Origin: an uncultured Muribaculaceae bacterium
GTDB taxonomy: Bacteria; Bacillota_I; Bacilli_A; RF39; UBA660
Direction of reading: 5' to 3'
Assembly (NCBI GenBank): GCA_964447275.1
Contig: CAYURI010000003.1
Coordinates: 510 to 64,509 of the forward strand
Length of the DNA stretch: 64,000 bases
In this document: in pieces, positions 26,452 through 37,325 of the stretch
Layout of the letters: each line of letters begins with the position of its first letter
Numbering within the stretch: position 1 is the stretch's first letter
Made by a program: the position numbers and the translations under genes
The notes under the pieces: model-generated
The model's input: only the letters and a program-made list of their open reading frames with translations
Told to the model about the DNA's origin: nothing
Database searches by the model: none

Positions 26452-28339
26452 TAATAAAGTAAAAATTATGTTCCCATATTTGATCTTAATATTAATTATA
26501 GTTGGGACAATATACTTTTTCAATATCGGCAAAAGGCAAGTAAATGAACTTACTTATGGCGAATTAACAAAAGAAATGGCAAAAGGCACAGTTACAGAAA
26601 TAACCATAACAGGTAAAAGTGGTGCTAATGTCTATACAATTGAAGGTAAGCTAAAAGATTATAATGAAGGAGAAACATTTAAATCTACTGTTCCACTTTC
26701 TGAAAGTGTTATGACAAGAGTTTTAGATTATGCTGATGCTAAAGGATTCGAAGTAAATACTAATTCTAATCCAGAAAATAGTTCAATAGTTAGTATTTTA
26801 ACTAATTTAGTACCAATTGTACTACTTATCGGTGCAACATTTTGGTTATTTACTAAAGTGTCTGGTGGCAATAATAAATCAATGGATTTTGGTCGCAGTA
26901 GAGCTAAATTAAGCGAAGACGGCGGCAAAACCAAATTTAAAGATGTTGCTGGGTTAAAGGAAGAAAAAGAAGAAGTTGCGGAATTAATTGATTTCTTAAA
27001 AAATCCTAAAAAGTTCCAAAAATTAGGTGCTAGAATTCCTAAGGGCGTTTTACTTGTAGGGCCTCCAGGAACTGGCAAAACTTTACTTGCTAAAGCTGTC
27101 GCCGGAGAAGCTAATGTACCATTTTTCTATATAAGTGGTTCTGATTTTGTTGAACTATTTGTTGGTGTTGGTGCTAGTCGTGTTAGAGATATGTTTAAAC
27201 AAGCTAAACAAAGCGCACCATGCTTAATATTTATTGATGAAATTGATGCTGTTGGTCGCCAAAGAGGTACTGGATTAGGTGGTGGACACGATGAAAGAGA
27301 ACAAACCTTAAACCAATTATTAACTGAAATGGATGGCTTTGGGGCTAATGAAGGAATTATTATCATTGCTGCAACCAATCGACCAGATGTATTAGATCCA
27401 GCATTGCTTAGACCAGGAAGATTTGATCGTCAAGTAACAGTTAGTCTCCCTGATTCTAAAGAAAGAGAAGCAATTCTTGAAGTTCATGCTAAAAATAAAA
27501 TATTTAATAAAAAAGTAAATCTTGCTAATGTAGCAAGCAGAACACCAGGATTTAGTGGGGCTGACTTAGAGAACTTACTTAATGAAGCGGCATTACTTGC
27601 AGTAAGAAGAAGCAAAAATGAAATAACCATGGATGAAATTGATGAAGCAACTGATAGAGTCTTATTAGGGCCAGCTAAAACAAGTCGAAAAATTACTGAC
27701 AAAGAGAAAAAACTAGTAAGTATTCATGAGGCTGGACATGCGGTAGTTGGTTTAAAACTTCCTGATGCTGATGAAGTTCATAAAATAACTATTATTCCTA
27801 GAGGAATGGCTGGTGGCTATACCATGATGCTTCCTAAGGAAGAGAAGTTATCAATTATTACGAAGAATGAACTATTAGCGATGATAACTGGTTTATTAAG
27901 TGGTAGAGTTAGTGAAGAAATGTTTTTAAATGAAATTACCACTGGAGCTAGTGATGACTTTAAAAGAGCTACTAGTATAGCAAGAAGCATGGTTACCGAA
28001 TATGGTATGAGTGATCTTGGTCCTATTCAATTAGAAACAAAAACTGAAGGCGTTTTCTTAGGTAGGGATTATACTAAGTCAAGAAATTTCTCTGATCAAG
28101 TAGCTTTAGAAATTGATAAAGAAATTCAAAAAATAATTAGTGAATGCTATAAAAGATCACAAGAAATTTTAAAGAAGAATAAAAAGTTAGTTATGTTAAT
28201 AAGTGATGCTTTGATTGAACATGAAACATTAACAAAAGAACAAATTGATGAACTTGTAAAAACTGGTAAGTATGTTCCTAGTGATGAAGATGAAATAAAA
28301 GTAGAAATTAAAAAAACTACAAAAAAGTCAGAAAAATAA
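26441..28339 (+). CDS. ftsH: ATP-dependent zinc metalloprotease FtsH
   Basis: 632 aa. TM anchor. Walker [17 protein letters not shown] zinc site. Confidence 0.95.
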   Translation: MKNNNKVKIMFPYLILILIIVGTIYFFNIGKRQVNELTYGELTKEMAKGTVTEITITGKSGANVYTIEGKLKDYNEGETFKSTVPLSESVMTRVLDYADAKGFEVNTNSNPENSSIVSILTNLVPIVLLIGATFWLFTKVSGGNNKSMDFGRSRAKLSEDGGKTKFKDVAGLKEEKEEVAELIDFLKNPKKFQKLGARIPKGVLLVGPPGTGKTLLAKAVAGEANVPFFYISGSDFVELFVGVGASRVRDMFKQAKQSAPCLIFIDEIDAVGRQRGTGLGGGHDEREQTLNQLLTEMDGFGANEGIIIIAATNRPDVLDPALLRPGRFDRQVTVSLPDSKEREAILEVHAKNKIFNKKVNLANVASRTPGFSGADLENLLNEAALLAVRRSKNEITMDEIDEATDRVLLGPAKTSRKITDKEKKLVSIHEAGHAVVGLKLPDADEVHKITIIPRGMAGGYTMMLPKEEKLSIITKNELLAMITGLLSGRVSEEMFLNEITTGASDDFKRATSIARSMVTEYGMSDLGPIQLETKTEGVFLGRDYTKSRNFSDQVALEIDKEIQKIISECYKRSQEILKKNKKLVMLISDALIEHETLTKEQIDELVKTGKYVPSDEDEIKVEIKKTTKKSEK

Positions 28340-28354
28340 TATCTGGCTTTTTTA
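28326..28354 (+). terminator. rho-independent terminator after ftsH
   Basis: AGTCAGAaaaataataTCTGGCT (one G-U pair) followed by TTTTTT. Confidence 0.55.
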
Positions 28355-28415
28355 TTTTATTAAAGACAAACCATCCTTATTATGATAAAATAAATAATGA
28401 GAAATAGGTGGTATT

Positions 28416-29201
28416 GTGGCAAAAATAATTTCCTTAGTAAATCAAAAAGGTGGCGTTGGTAAAACAACCACCAGTATTAATTTATCAGCATCATTAGGGC
28501 ATTTTGGCAAAAAGACACTTTTAATTGATTTAGACCCTCAAGGTAATACATCAATAGGGTTAGGATTAAATAAAAGAGATATTAATGCCGATATATATGA
28601 TGTTATGACTAATAAGTGTGAAATTAGAAGAGCAATTATTAAAACCGAGTTTGAAAATTTAAGTATTATTCCAGCAACAATAAACTTAGCTGGACTAGAT
28701 ATTGAGTTTGTTAAAAAGTTCTATGATGATAAAGATTTTCATCAAAATGAGCAATTAAAACGAGTATTAGATACAATTAGAGGCGATTTTGATTATATCA
28801 TTTTAGATTGTCCGCCGGCTTTAGGGATTTTAACAACAAATGCTTTGGTAGCTAGCGATTCAATTATTATTCCGGTACAGTGTGAGTTTTTTGCCCTAGA
28901 AGGAATAACTCAATTATTAAACTCAGTTATTATGATTCAATCAAATTTAAACTCAAATTTAAAAATAGAGGGCGTCCTTCTAACTATGTTAGATGCGAGG
29001 ACCAATATTGGTTTAGAAGTAGTTGAAGAAGTAAGAAAATATTTTAAAGACAAAGTATTTAATACAATTATACCTAGATTAGTTCGTCTTGTTGAAGCAC
29101 CATCACATGGTAAACCAATCAGCGAATATGATCCAGGAAGTAAAGCAACAATGGCATATGAAAATTTAGCTAAGGAAGTGATTTTAAGAAATGGAGAATA
29201 A
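28416..29201 (+). CDS. soj: chromosome partitioning ATPase ParA/Soj (GTG start)
   Basis: 261 aa. Deviant Walker A KGGVGKTT. Confidence 0.9.
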   Translation: MAKIISLVNQKGGVGKTTTSINLSASLGHFGKKTLLIDLDPQGNTSIGLGLNKRDINADIYDVMTNKCEIRRAIIKTEFENLSIIPATINLAGLDIEFVKKFYDDKDFHQNEQLKRVLDTIRGDFDYIILDCPPALGILTTNALVASDSIIIPVQCEFFALEGITQLLNSVIMIQSNLNSNLKIEGVLLTMLDARTNIGLEVVEEVRKYFKDKVFNTIIPRLVRLVEAPSHGKPISEYDPGSKATMAYENLAKEVILRNGE

Positions 29202-30072
29202 AAAGAAAGCATTAGGTAAAGGATTAGAACAATTATTTTCTGATGAGAGAATTGATTTTAACAACTTTGAACAAAAGATTTATGAAAATACTAAAGAAGA
29301 AGATATTGTTAGTATACCTATTGAAGAAATAAGACCCAATCCATATCAACCAAGAAAAGACTTTAATGAAGAAGCTTTAAAAGAATTGTGCGAATCAATT
29401 AAAGTTCATGGTGTTGTTCAACCAATTATTGTTAAAAAAAGTATTAAAGGTTATGAACTTATTGCTGGCGAAAGAAGAACAAAAGCTTCAAAAATGGCTG
29501 GCCTAACTCATATTCCAGCAATAATAAGAGAATTTAATGATGAAGAAATGATGGAAATAGCTCTTGTTGAAAATATTCAAAGAGAGAATTTGAATGCCAT
29601 TGAAGAAGCAGAATGTTATTTGAAAATTCTTAATACCAAACATTTAACTCAGGAAGAACTAGCTAAAAGATTTGGTAAAAGCAGAAGCTATATTACGAAC
29701 CTTTTAGGGATCTTGTCATTACCAGAAATAGTAAAAAACATGGTAATCCAAAAAGGCCTATCAATGGCTCACGCAAGAAACTTAAGTAAACTATCAGATG
29801 TTAATTTACAAATTAGTTTAGCAGAGCAGATTGTTAAAGATGGGATGAGTGTTAGAGAATTAGAAAAAATCGTTAATAACGAAGAAATGGAAAAGAAAGT
29901 TAAAATCAAAAGAGCTTCTAATACGAACCCTAAATATAAAATGTATGAACAAATAGTCAGTGATAAAACAGGAAGTAAAGTGGCTATAAAAACTAATAAG
30001 ATAGAAATATTTTTTGATTCAGAAAAAGATTTAGAAAGAGTTTTAGAAATTTTAGATATTACAGTTGAATAG
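29191..30072 (+). CDS. spo0J: chromosome partitioning protein ParB/Spo0J
   Basis: 293 aa ParB N-domain (GERRTKAS) plus HTH. Overlaps the parA stop. Confidence 0.9.
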   Translation: MENKKKALGKGLEQLFSDERIDFNNFEQKIYENTKEEDIVSIPIEEIRPNPYQPRKDFNEEALKELCESIKVHGVVQPIIVKKSIKGYELIAGERRTKASKMAGLTHIPAIIREFNDEEMMEIALVENIQRENLNAIEEAECYLKILNTKHLTQEELAKRFGKSRSYITNLLGILSLPEIVKNMVIQKGLSMAHARNLSKLSDVNLQISLAEQIVKDGMSVRELEKIVNNEEMEKKVKIKRASNTNPKYKMYEQIVSDKTGSKVAIKTNKIEIFFDSEKDLERVLEILDITVE

Positions 30073-30081
30073 GAGTTTTTT

Positions 30082-30267
30082 ATGAAGACTTATAAACTAG
30101 GAGATCATGTTATAATGAAAAAACCGCATGCTTGTCAGACTAATGATTTTATAATTACTCGAGTTGGCGTTGATATCAAAATAAAATGTGCCAAATGTGC
30201 TAGAGAAATTATGATGGATCGACTAGAATTTGAAAAGAAAGTAAAAAAGGTGGTAGAAAATGAATAA
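30082..30267 (+). CDS. DUF951-family small protein
   Basis: 61 aa. It sits downstream of spo0J, where small DUF951 proteins are typically found in Firmicutes. Confidence 0.5.
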   Translation: MKTYKLGDHVIMKKPHACQTNDFIITRVGVDIKIKCAKCAREIMMDRLEFEKKVKKVVENE

Positions 30268-31801
30268 TAAGTTGGCTAAGTTAAAAGAAAAAATAACTTT
30301 AAATCCAATTATGACATTTTTAATCTTAACTCTTGTAACAATTTTAATAAGTGGACTTTTATCATGGGTTGGTTTAGAAGCTAATTATAATAAAATAAAT
30401 GCTAATACTGGTGAGTATGAAAGTATTTTTGTTAGTGTTACATCATTATTAAATTTATCGGGTATGAAATATATTTTTAGCCAAACATTAAACAACTTTA
30501 CTAATTTTAAGCCTTTAAGCAGTCTTATTATTGTTTTAATTGGGATTGGCATAATGGAAAAAAGCGGTTTTTTAAAAACAGCTTTTACTTTATTGACAAA
30601 ATATATGAAAAAGTATACTGTCACATTTATTATTGCTTTTCTAGGCATCATTTTAAGTATTGCTGGTGATATATCATTTGTTATTTTAATCCCTCTAAGT
30701 GCCTTATTATTTAAATATGGTAAAAGAAATCCCTTATTAGGTGTAATAACATCTTTTGCGGCTTTAACTTGTGGAGCGGGAATAAGTATATTTTTAACAT
30801 CAGTTGATAGTACTTTGCTTACGCAAACGCTTCTAGGTTCTCATATCTTAGATGTTAACTATAATGTTTCTATATGGGCATTTATGTTTATCATGCTAGT
30901 TTCTAGTGTGGCACTGGCATTTCTAATAACTTATATAACTGAAAAGATTACAACGACTAAACTTGAAAAGTATAACTTTGAAAGCGAAGAAGAAATAGAA
31001 ATAAGCAAAAGTGATTTAAAAGGCTTAATAATAGCTCTTATTGCTGGAGTTGTCTACTTATTAATATTTATTTATAATATTATTCCTGGACTTCCACTTT
31101 CGGGAGCTTTACTAGATAACTCCCAGGGATTATATATTGATAAATTGTTTAGTTCAACATCATTTTTCTCTATGGGGTTTGTCTTTATTGTGACAATCTT
31201 ATTTGTTGTTCTAGGGTTATTTTATGGTATAGGAGCTAAAACAATTGAAGATAATCATGATTTTTGTAAATTTTTAGGTCATTCTTTAGATAATGTCGGG
31301 AAGACGATAGTTTTATTATTTATTGCTTCTTTATTTATTAGTGTCTTTACCAAAACTAATATTGGGCCTTTAATAACAGCTTTATTTGCTAATGTTATTG
31401 AAGCCACCAAGTTTACAGGCATACCATTAATCTTTTTATTGTTTATTGTTACAGCAATAGCGACAATTTTCTTGCCATCATCACAAGCTAAATGGGCAAT
31501 ATTAGCTGGGGTAACTGTTCCGGTATTTATGAATGCTGGTTTAACACCAGAGTTTAGTCAAGTGGTATTTAGATTCGGTGAATCATTTACTTTAGGACTA
31601 ACACCTTTATTTGCTTACTTTATTATTTATCTAGCATTTCTGGAAACTTATAATCAAGAAAGAAAACCAATTAATTTAACTAAGAGTCTAAAATATTTAA
31701 TGCCATATAATTTAATTGTTGGATTATTATTAATTGTTTTATTAATTGGCTGGTTCTTAATAGGGTTACCTATCGGGATTAGTACATATGCGGTATTATA
31801 A
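30260..31801 (+). CDS. polytopic membrane transporter (AbgT/YfcC-like, tentative)
   Basis: 513 aa, ~12 predicted TM helices. Family assignment is from overall architecture only. Confidence 0.4.
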   Translation: MNNKLAKLKEKITLNPIMTFLILTLVTILISGLLSWVGLEANYNKINANTGEYESIFVSVTSLLNLSGMKYIFSQTLNNFTNFKPLSSLIIVLIGIGIMEKSGFLKTAFTLLTKYMKKYTVTFIIAFLGIILSIAGDISFVILIPLSALLFKYGKRNPLLGVITSFAALTCGAGISIFLTSVDSTLLTQTLLGSHILDVNYNVSIWAFMFIMLVSSVALAFLITYITEKITTTKLEKYNFESEEEIEISKSDLKGLIIALIAGVVYLLIFIYNIIPGLPLSGALLDNSQGLYIDKLFSSTSFFSMGFVFIVTILFVVLGLFYGIGAKTIEDNHDFCKFLGHSLDNVGKTIVLLFIASLFISVFTKTNIGPLITALFANVIEATKFTGIPLIFLLFIVTAIATIFLPSSQAKWAILAGVTVPVFMNAGLTPEFSQVVFRFGESFTLGLTPLFAYFIIYLAFLETYNQERKPINLTKSLKYLMPYNLIVGLLLIVLLIGWFLIGLPIGISTYAVL

Positions 31802-32441
31802 AATGCTTAAAAGAATTATTTTTGATATCGATAATACTGTTCTTATTTCCAGAGAAGATATTCCTAAATGCCTTTTTATAGGATTAATAAAAAGCAAGAT
31901 AAAACCAACAATTAAATTAATGAAACAAATTGGTCATGCTATGCAAGAATATGAGGATAAATTTCCAAAGTATGACAAAAAGGCGTTTATTGATTTTTTT
32001 AATAGCAAACATAATTATAACTTTGATTATCATTTTTATGACTCGTTAAATAATGCTTTTATGTTATATAGTAGGTGCAAACCTAATAAGAATATCGCCA
32101 AAGTTTTAGAATATTTGAGCGATAAATATGAAATAGTAGCATTATCTAATTATTTAACTGAAGTACAATATAACAGACTTAAAAAAAGAGACCTTGTTAA
32201 ATACTTTAAAGAAATATATGGTGGAGATATGGCACTAAAACCAAATAAGGAAGCATACTTGATGGCTTGTGGTAATCATAAAATAGAAGAGTGTTTGTTT
32301 ATTGGTGATAGTTTGACAAATGATTATTTAGGGGTAGAAAAAATTGGTGGTAAAGCTATTTTATACGACAAAAAAAATAAATATAAAGATAGTAATTATG
32401 ACCGAATAAAGGATTTTATTGAATTAGAAAAAAGATTATAG
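31788..32441 (+). CDS. HAD-superfamily hydrolase
   Basis: Motif I IIFDIDNTV and motif IV-like FIGDSLTNDYLG. Confidence 0.65.
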   Translation: MRYYKMLKRIIFDIDNTVLISREDIPKCLFIGLIKSKIKPTIKLMKQIGHAMQEYEDKFPKYDKKAFIDFFNSKHNYNFDYHFYDSLNNAFMLYSRCKPNKNIAKVLEYLSDKYEIVALSNYLTEVQYNRLKKRDLVKYFKEIYGGDMALKPNKEAYLMACGNHKIEECLFIGDSLTNDYLGVEKIGGKAILYDKKNKYKDSNYDRIKDFIELEKRL

Positions 32442-32450
32442 GAGGGTTTT

Positions 32451-33548
32451 ATGTCATTAAAAGCAGGAATTGTTGGATTACCTAACGTTGGTAAATCGAC
32501 TTTGTTTAACGCGATAACCAAGAAAAACATTTTAGCTGCTAATTATCCGTTTGCGACAATTGATCCTAATGTTGGAGTGGTAACAGTACCAGATTCTAGA
32601 TTAGAAGTATTGGAAAAAATGTATATACCAGAAAAGCTTGTTCCAACTACTTTTGAGTTTACTGATATTGCTGGATTAGTTAGAGGTGCATCAAAAGGCG
32701 AAGGACTTGGCAATAAGTTTCTTTCTCATATTAGGGAAGTTGATGCCATTGTTGAAGTAGTAAGGGCTTTTGATAGCAAAGAAATTATTCATGTTGAAAA
32801 CAATGTGGATCCAATTAGAGATATTGAAATTGTTAATGTTGAGTTAATTCTTGCTGACTTAGAAATCATTGAAGGAAGAGTAGCTAAACTACATAAAAAG
32901 ATGGAATCAAGCAAAGAAAAGCAAGATGCCTTAGAATATGAAGCATTAAAAAAAGGCGAGGAAGCCTTATTAAAGAACATCCCCTTAAGATTAGTCGGTT
33001 ACAGTGAAGAAGAAAAACAAATTTTAAAAGGCTACAACTTTTTAACTTTAAAACCACTTATATATGCTGCTAACGTTTCGGAGACAGAAATTAATACTGA
33101 TAATAATTATGTAACATCTATTAAAGAATATGCCGCTAAAGAAAACTCTATGGTAGTAGTTATATGTGCTAAGATGGAAAGCGAGTTAGCAGAATTAAAC
33201 GATGTTGATAAGCATCAATTTCTAAAGGATTTAGGAATTGAATATAGTGGACTAGATAAACTTATTTTTGCTACTTATGCTCTTCTTGGTTTAGAAACAT
33301 TTTTCACAGTTGGCAAAGATGAAGTAAGAGCTTGGACATTTGTAAAAGGGACTAATGCTAAAAAATGTGCCGGTATTATTCATACTGATTTTGAAAAAGG
33401 CTTTATTAAAGCTGAAGTAATGAGCTTCGCTGATTTAGAAACACTAAAAGATGAAAAAAAAGTTAAAGAAGCTGGTAAACTTCGTTTAGAAGGCAAAGAC
33501 TATATAATGCAAGATGGCGATATTTGCTTGTTTAGATTTAATGTTTAG
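32451..33548 (+). CDS. ychF: ribosome-binding ATPase YchF
   Basis: 365 aa. GIVGLPNVGKSTLFNA. C-terminal TGS domain. Confidence 0.9.
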   Translation: MSLKAGIVGLPNVGKSTLFNAITKKNILAANYPFATIDPNVGVVTVPDSRLEVLEKMYIPEKLVPTTFEFTDIAGLVRGASKGEGLGNKFLSHIREVDAIVEVVRAFDSKEIIHVENNVDPIRDIEIVNVELILADLEIIEGRVAKLHKKMESSKEKQDALEYEALKKGEEALLKNIPLRLVGYSEEEKQILKGYNFLTLKPLIYAANVSETEINTDNNYVTSIKEYAAKENSMVVVICAKMESELAELNDVDKHQFLKDLGIEYSGLDKLIFATYALLGLETFFTVGKDEVRAWTFVKGTNAKKCAGIIHTDFEKGFIKAEVMSFADLETLKDEKKVKEAGKLRLEGKDYIMQDGDICLFRFNV

Positions 33549-33560
33549 GAGGAATTCAAA

Positions 33561-34772
33561 ATGAAAAGAAAAGAAATTAAAGAAAAAGCTCAAAAGATGA
33601 TCGATGGTAAATTATGGGAAATTTGGAAACCGCTGCTATTAATAATGCTAATAAGTATGACGATATCGTTTATGCTAGATAAAGTATTTATTTTAGCTTA
33701 TTCATATGACTTCCTATCAATTAATGGCACTAGTATGGCAATAGATTTTAGTAATACTGTAACAACTTTTATAATGGCGCCAATAGGTATTGGTTACACT
33801 TTCTATATTTTAAACTTTGTTAGAGGCAAAAAGTTTTCTATTAATGATATCTTTAGTAAAATAAAATATATTTTACCAATTTGGGCCGCAACTTTTATTG
33901 CTAGCACTCTCATTGGTGTTGGCTTTATATTTCTAATTGTTCCGGGCATAGTAATCTCTATGATATTTGCTATGATAGAATATATCATGGCTGATGGAGA
34001 ACATAATGTTGCTGAGACTTTGAGGCAGAGTAAGGAATTAATGATAGGATATAAATGGGATTATTTTGTTTTTAATTTAAGCTTTATTGGTTGGATTATT
34101 TTATCAATTATTACCATTGGCATTCTATCAATTTATACTATCCCTTATATGACAGTATCAAAAGCTTTATATTATGAGGAACTAAAAAAATTAAAGGAAG
34201 CCAAATATAAGATTTTAATTAATAAAGCTAATAAGTGTTCAGCTAATTTTAAAATTGTTAATTATGATTCAAAGTATGACAAAAAGGGCCAAACCCAAAT
34301 ATTGTTAGAAGAAAAGACTGCCGAAGCTTTTAAGAAATTGGTTGAATTTGTGAAAAACAATGGATATACAATAGATGCAGATAGTGGTTTTAGATCAAAA
34401 GAAGAGCAACATAAAACTTATGAAGAAACCAAAAAAGAAAAAGGCCCAGAATATGCAGCCAAATATGTTGCTCCATCTGGATACTCAGAGCACCAAAGTG
34501 GCTTAGCTGTTGATTTCTGCCAATATAAAGATGATAAATGGTTGGATTGTAATGAAACGGACTTAAATTTACTAAAAATAATTCATGAAAATGCAGCAAG
34601 ATTTGGCTTTATCTTGAGATATCCAAAAGATAAAGAAAAGATAACTGGATATAAATATGAAGCATGGCATTTAAGATATGTTGGAGATGATTTGGCTTTA
34701 TATTTATATAAAAACAATTTAACGTTAGAAGAATATCACGAAAAGTTACAATCAGCCGAAGCTACTAAATAA
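33561..34772 (+). CDS. fusion protein: N-terminal polytopic membrane domain + C-terminal VanY-like D-Ala-D-Ala carboxypeptidase (peptidase M15B) domain
   Basis: C-terminal motifs SEHQSGLAVDF and EAWHLRYVG match the VanY zinc-binding signature. The first ~230 aa carry 5-6 TM helices. Confidence 0.6.
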   Translation: MKRKEIKEKAQKMIDGKLWEIWKPLLLIMLISMTISFMLDKVFILAYSYDFLSINGTSMAIDFSNTVTTFIMAPIGIGYTFYILNFVRGKKFSINDIFSKIKYILPIWAATFIASTLIGVGFIFLIVPGIVISMIFAMIEYIMADGEHNVAETLRQSKELMIGYKWDYFVFNLSFIGWIILSIITIGILSIYTIPYMTVSKALYYEELKKLKEAKYKILINKANKCSANFKIVNYDSKYDKKGQTQILLEEKTAEAFKKLVEFVKNNGYTIDADSGFRSKEEQHKTYEETKKEKGPEYAAKYVAPSGYSEHQSGLAVDFCQYKDDKWLDCNETDLNLLKIIHENAARFGFILRYPKDKEKITGYKYEAWHLRYVGDDLALYLYKNNLTLEEYHEKLQSAEATK

Positions 34773-34870
34773 ATTTGTTTACAATATATAGCACTTTTGC
34801 TATAATACGTTTGAGCTTAAGGCTCCTTGCTTCTTTTAGAAGCCGAAATAGACCATAAGGAGGTGAACTA

Positions 34871-35152
34871 ATGAATAAATATGAAATCATGTTTATCGTT
34901 AAGTCAAGTTTGGAAAGTGATACTTTAAATAAGATAACTGATGATTTAAAGAAAACTTTCGCAGATAAAAAACTTGAATTTAAAGATATGGGACAAAAAA
35001 GATTTGCTTATCCAATTAAAAAAGATATTAATGGTTATTACTATTTAATAAACGTTTTAGCAACAGCAAACGAAATTGAAGATTTCAAACATAAAGTACT
35101 TATTAACGAAGATGTTATAAGACACTTAATTATAAAACTAGATGAGGAGTAA
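34871..35152 (+). CDS. rpsF: 30S ribosomal protein S6
   Basis: 93 aa, MNKYEIMFIV. rpsF-ssb-rpsR synteny. Confidence 0.9.
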   Translation: MNKYEIMFIVKSSLESDTLNKITDDLKKTFADKKLEFKDMGQKRFAYPIKKDINGYYYLINVLATANEIEDFKHKVLINEDVIRHLIIKLDEE

Positions 35153-35155
35153 AAA

Positions 35156-35620
35156 ATGAATAAAGTAATTTTAATTGGTCGTTTAGTAAAAGACCCAGAA
35201 TTAAAAACACTAGCTAGTGGAATAGCTAATGTATCATTTAGTATAGCAGTACAAAGAAGCTTCACTAACCAAAATGGGGAAAGAGAAGCAGACTTTATAA
35301 ACTGTGTAGCATGGCGTCGTCAAGCCGAAAACATTTCTAAATATTGCGTAAAAGGAACTCAAGTTGCTGTTGAAGGAAGACTTCAAGTAAGAAGTTATGA
35401 TGCTCAAGATGGAACAAAAAAATATATAACAGAGGTTATATGTGATAATGTTACTTTCTTAGGTAGTAAAGGCGATAAGCAAGGTAATTTTATACCTAGT
35501 GAAGGAACTGATAATTATGTTCCAGCTGATCAAGATATAAAAACTACTGATGTAACAGAAGATCCTTTTAAAGACTTTGGTGAGGAAATAGTTTTGTCAG
35601 ATGATGACCTACCATTTTAA
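35156..35620 (+). CDS. ssb: single-stranded DNA-binding protein
   Basis: OB fold. Acidic C-terminal tip DDDLPF. Confidence 0.9.
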   Translation: MNKVILIGRLVKDPELKTLASGIANVSFSIAVQRSFTNQNGEREADFINCVAWRRQAENISKYCVKGTQVAVEGRLQVRSYDAQDGTKKYITEVICDNVTFLGSKGDKQGNFIPSEGTDNYVPADQDIKTTDVTEDPFKDFGEEIVLSDDDLPF

Positions 35621-35633
35621 AGGAGGAAAATAG

Positions 35634-35849
35634 ATGGCAGAATTTTATCGTAAGAAAAAAAGAGTATGTCAAATGTGTTTAGGAAAAAGCGTTGATTACA
35701 AAGATACTATGATTGTAACAAAATATATAAATGAAAAAGGCAAAATACTTCCAAGAAGAGTAACGGGAGCATGCGCTAAACATCAAAGACATATTGCAAA
35801 AGAAATTAAAAGAGCCAGATTTATGGCATTAATACCTTATGTTAAATAA
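35634..35849 (+). CDS. rpsR: 30S ribosomal protein S18
   Basis: 71 aa, basic. Conserved position. Confidence 0.9.
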   Translation: MAEFYRKKKRVCQMCLGKSVDYKDTMIVTKYINEKGKILPRRVTGACAKHQRHIAKEIKRARFMALIPYVK

Positions 35850-35919
35850 GGTTTTTTAATGCCTCAATTTTTGATTTTATCGTTTTTTTTTGTTATAATT
35901 ATTTTTAGTAGGTGGATAT

Positions 35920-36876
35920 ATGATTGACTATAATAGAATTGTTAAAAGAATTAAAAAAAGTGAAAACATATTCGTTATGGGTCATAGAGCTATAGACTTT
36001 GATTCTTTAGGCTCTTGTCTAGCTATTAGTGAGTTATCAGAAAGACTAAAAAAGAAGTGCTATATTATTTTAGAAGACGCCAAGTTAGAAGAAGGTATTA
36101 AAAAAAGTCTAGAATATTTAAAAGAATATAGCGATAAATATAAAATTGGTAAATTAAGTGATTATAATGATAGGATAAAAAAAGGTTCTTTGCTTGTTAT
36201 AGTAGATACTTATTCTGAAAAAAGAACGCAATCACCAAAGTTACCTAATCTTATTAATAATAAAATTTATATCGATCATCATTTGTTTGGTAATCCGATA
36301 GATGATAATTATTTTATTAGTACTAAAGTATCTAGCAACTGCGAAATGCTAGTTCATCTATTCATCAAAAAGCAAATGCGCATTAACAAATATGTAGCAA
36401 CAATAATGCTAGCTGGTATTGATATTGATAGTAATGGTTTTGGTATTAAGACTACCGAAAAAACTCATGAAGCGGCTGCTTATTTGCATCATTGTGGAGC
36501 AGAACTAAATATTGCCAACAGTTTTTCTAAAACTAAATTAGCTGATTATATAAAAATTCAAAAAATAATTTTTAAAACTAAGTTTTATCGCAAAAAATAT
36601 GCTATAGTAATAGGTAACCGTGATACTATATATGAAAGGAAAAATTTAGCCATTATATCTGATACATTATTAATGTTTGATAACGTTTCTGTTTCAATCG
36701 CAATTGGCTACCTAGGAAAAAGATTGGTAGGAGTAAGCGCTAGGAGTACAGAGTATAATGTTGAAGAATTAATGCAAAAATTTGGTGGTGGCGGAAGTAA
36801 AAACAATGCCGCTTGTCAAATTGAAAATAAGACTTTGAAAGAGGTATATAAATTAATTAAGGGGGAATTGAAATGA
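35920..36876 (+). CDS. DHH/DHHA1 phosphoesterase (NrnA-like nanoRNase/pAp phosphatase)
   Basis: DHH motif (IYIDHH), DHHA1 GGGG motif (FGGGGSKNNAAC). 318 aa with no TM, PAS or GGDEF region. Confidence 0.65.
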   Translation: MIDYNRIVKRIKKSENIFVMGHRAIDFDSLGSCLAISELSERLKKKCYIILEDAKLEEGIKKSLEYLKEYSDKYKIGKLSDYNDRIKKGSLLVIVDTYSEKRTQSPKLPNLINNKIYIDHHLFGNPIDDNYFISTKVSSNCEMLVHLFIKKQMRINKYVATIMLAGIDIDSNGFGIKTTEKTHEAAAYLHHCGAELNIANSFSKTKLADYIKIQKIIFKTKFYRKKYAIVIGNRDTIYERKNLAIISDTLLMFDNVSVSIAIGYLGKRLVGVSARSTEYNVEELMQKFGGGGSKNNAACQIENKTLKEVYKLIKGELK

Positions 36877-37313
36877 AAGTAATTCTATTAAAAGATGTAC
36901 CAAAGCAAGGAAAGAAAGAACAAATAATCGAAGTTAGTGATGGATATGCACATAATTATTTAATCAAAAATAACTTGGCAATCATTGCTAATGAAAGCAA
37001 TGTTTCTAAACTGAAAAGAGATTTAGAAAATCGCAAAGCTAATGAAAAAGAATTAATCATAGAAATGAAAGAATTAAAAACCAAATTAGAAAAAGAGAAA
37101 TTAGCATTTAAAGTTAAAGTTGGTGAAAAAGACAAAGTATTTGGTAGTGTTTCTCATAAACAAATTATTTTGCTTTTAAAAGATAAAGGCTATAATATAA
37201 AAAAAGAACAAATCGAAATTCCTAATTTAATCAATAGTTTAGGTACTCATGAGATAAATATTCATCTTCATAAAGAAGTAATAGCTAAATTATTAATTAG
37301 TGTTTCAAAGTAA
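36873..37313 (+). CDS. rplI: 50S ribosomal protein L9
   Basis: 146 aa, MKVILLKDV. Confidence 0.9.
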   Translation: MKVILLKDVPKQGKKEQIIEVSDGYAHNYLIKNNLAIIANESNVSKLKRDLENRKANEKELIIEMKELKTKLEKEKLAFKVKVGEKDKVFGSVSHKQIILLLKDKGYNIKKEQIEIPNLINSLGTHEINIHLHKEVIAKLLISVSK

Positions 37314-37325
37314 GGAAGTGATCTT

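Noticed and set aside
28416-30072. parS site within or near soj-spo0J
   Set aside because: I could not find a TGTTNCACGTGAAACA-like 16-mer by eye anywhere in the window. Not reported as a feature; needs a pattern search.
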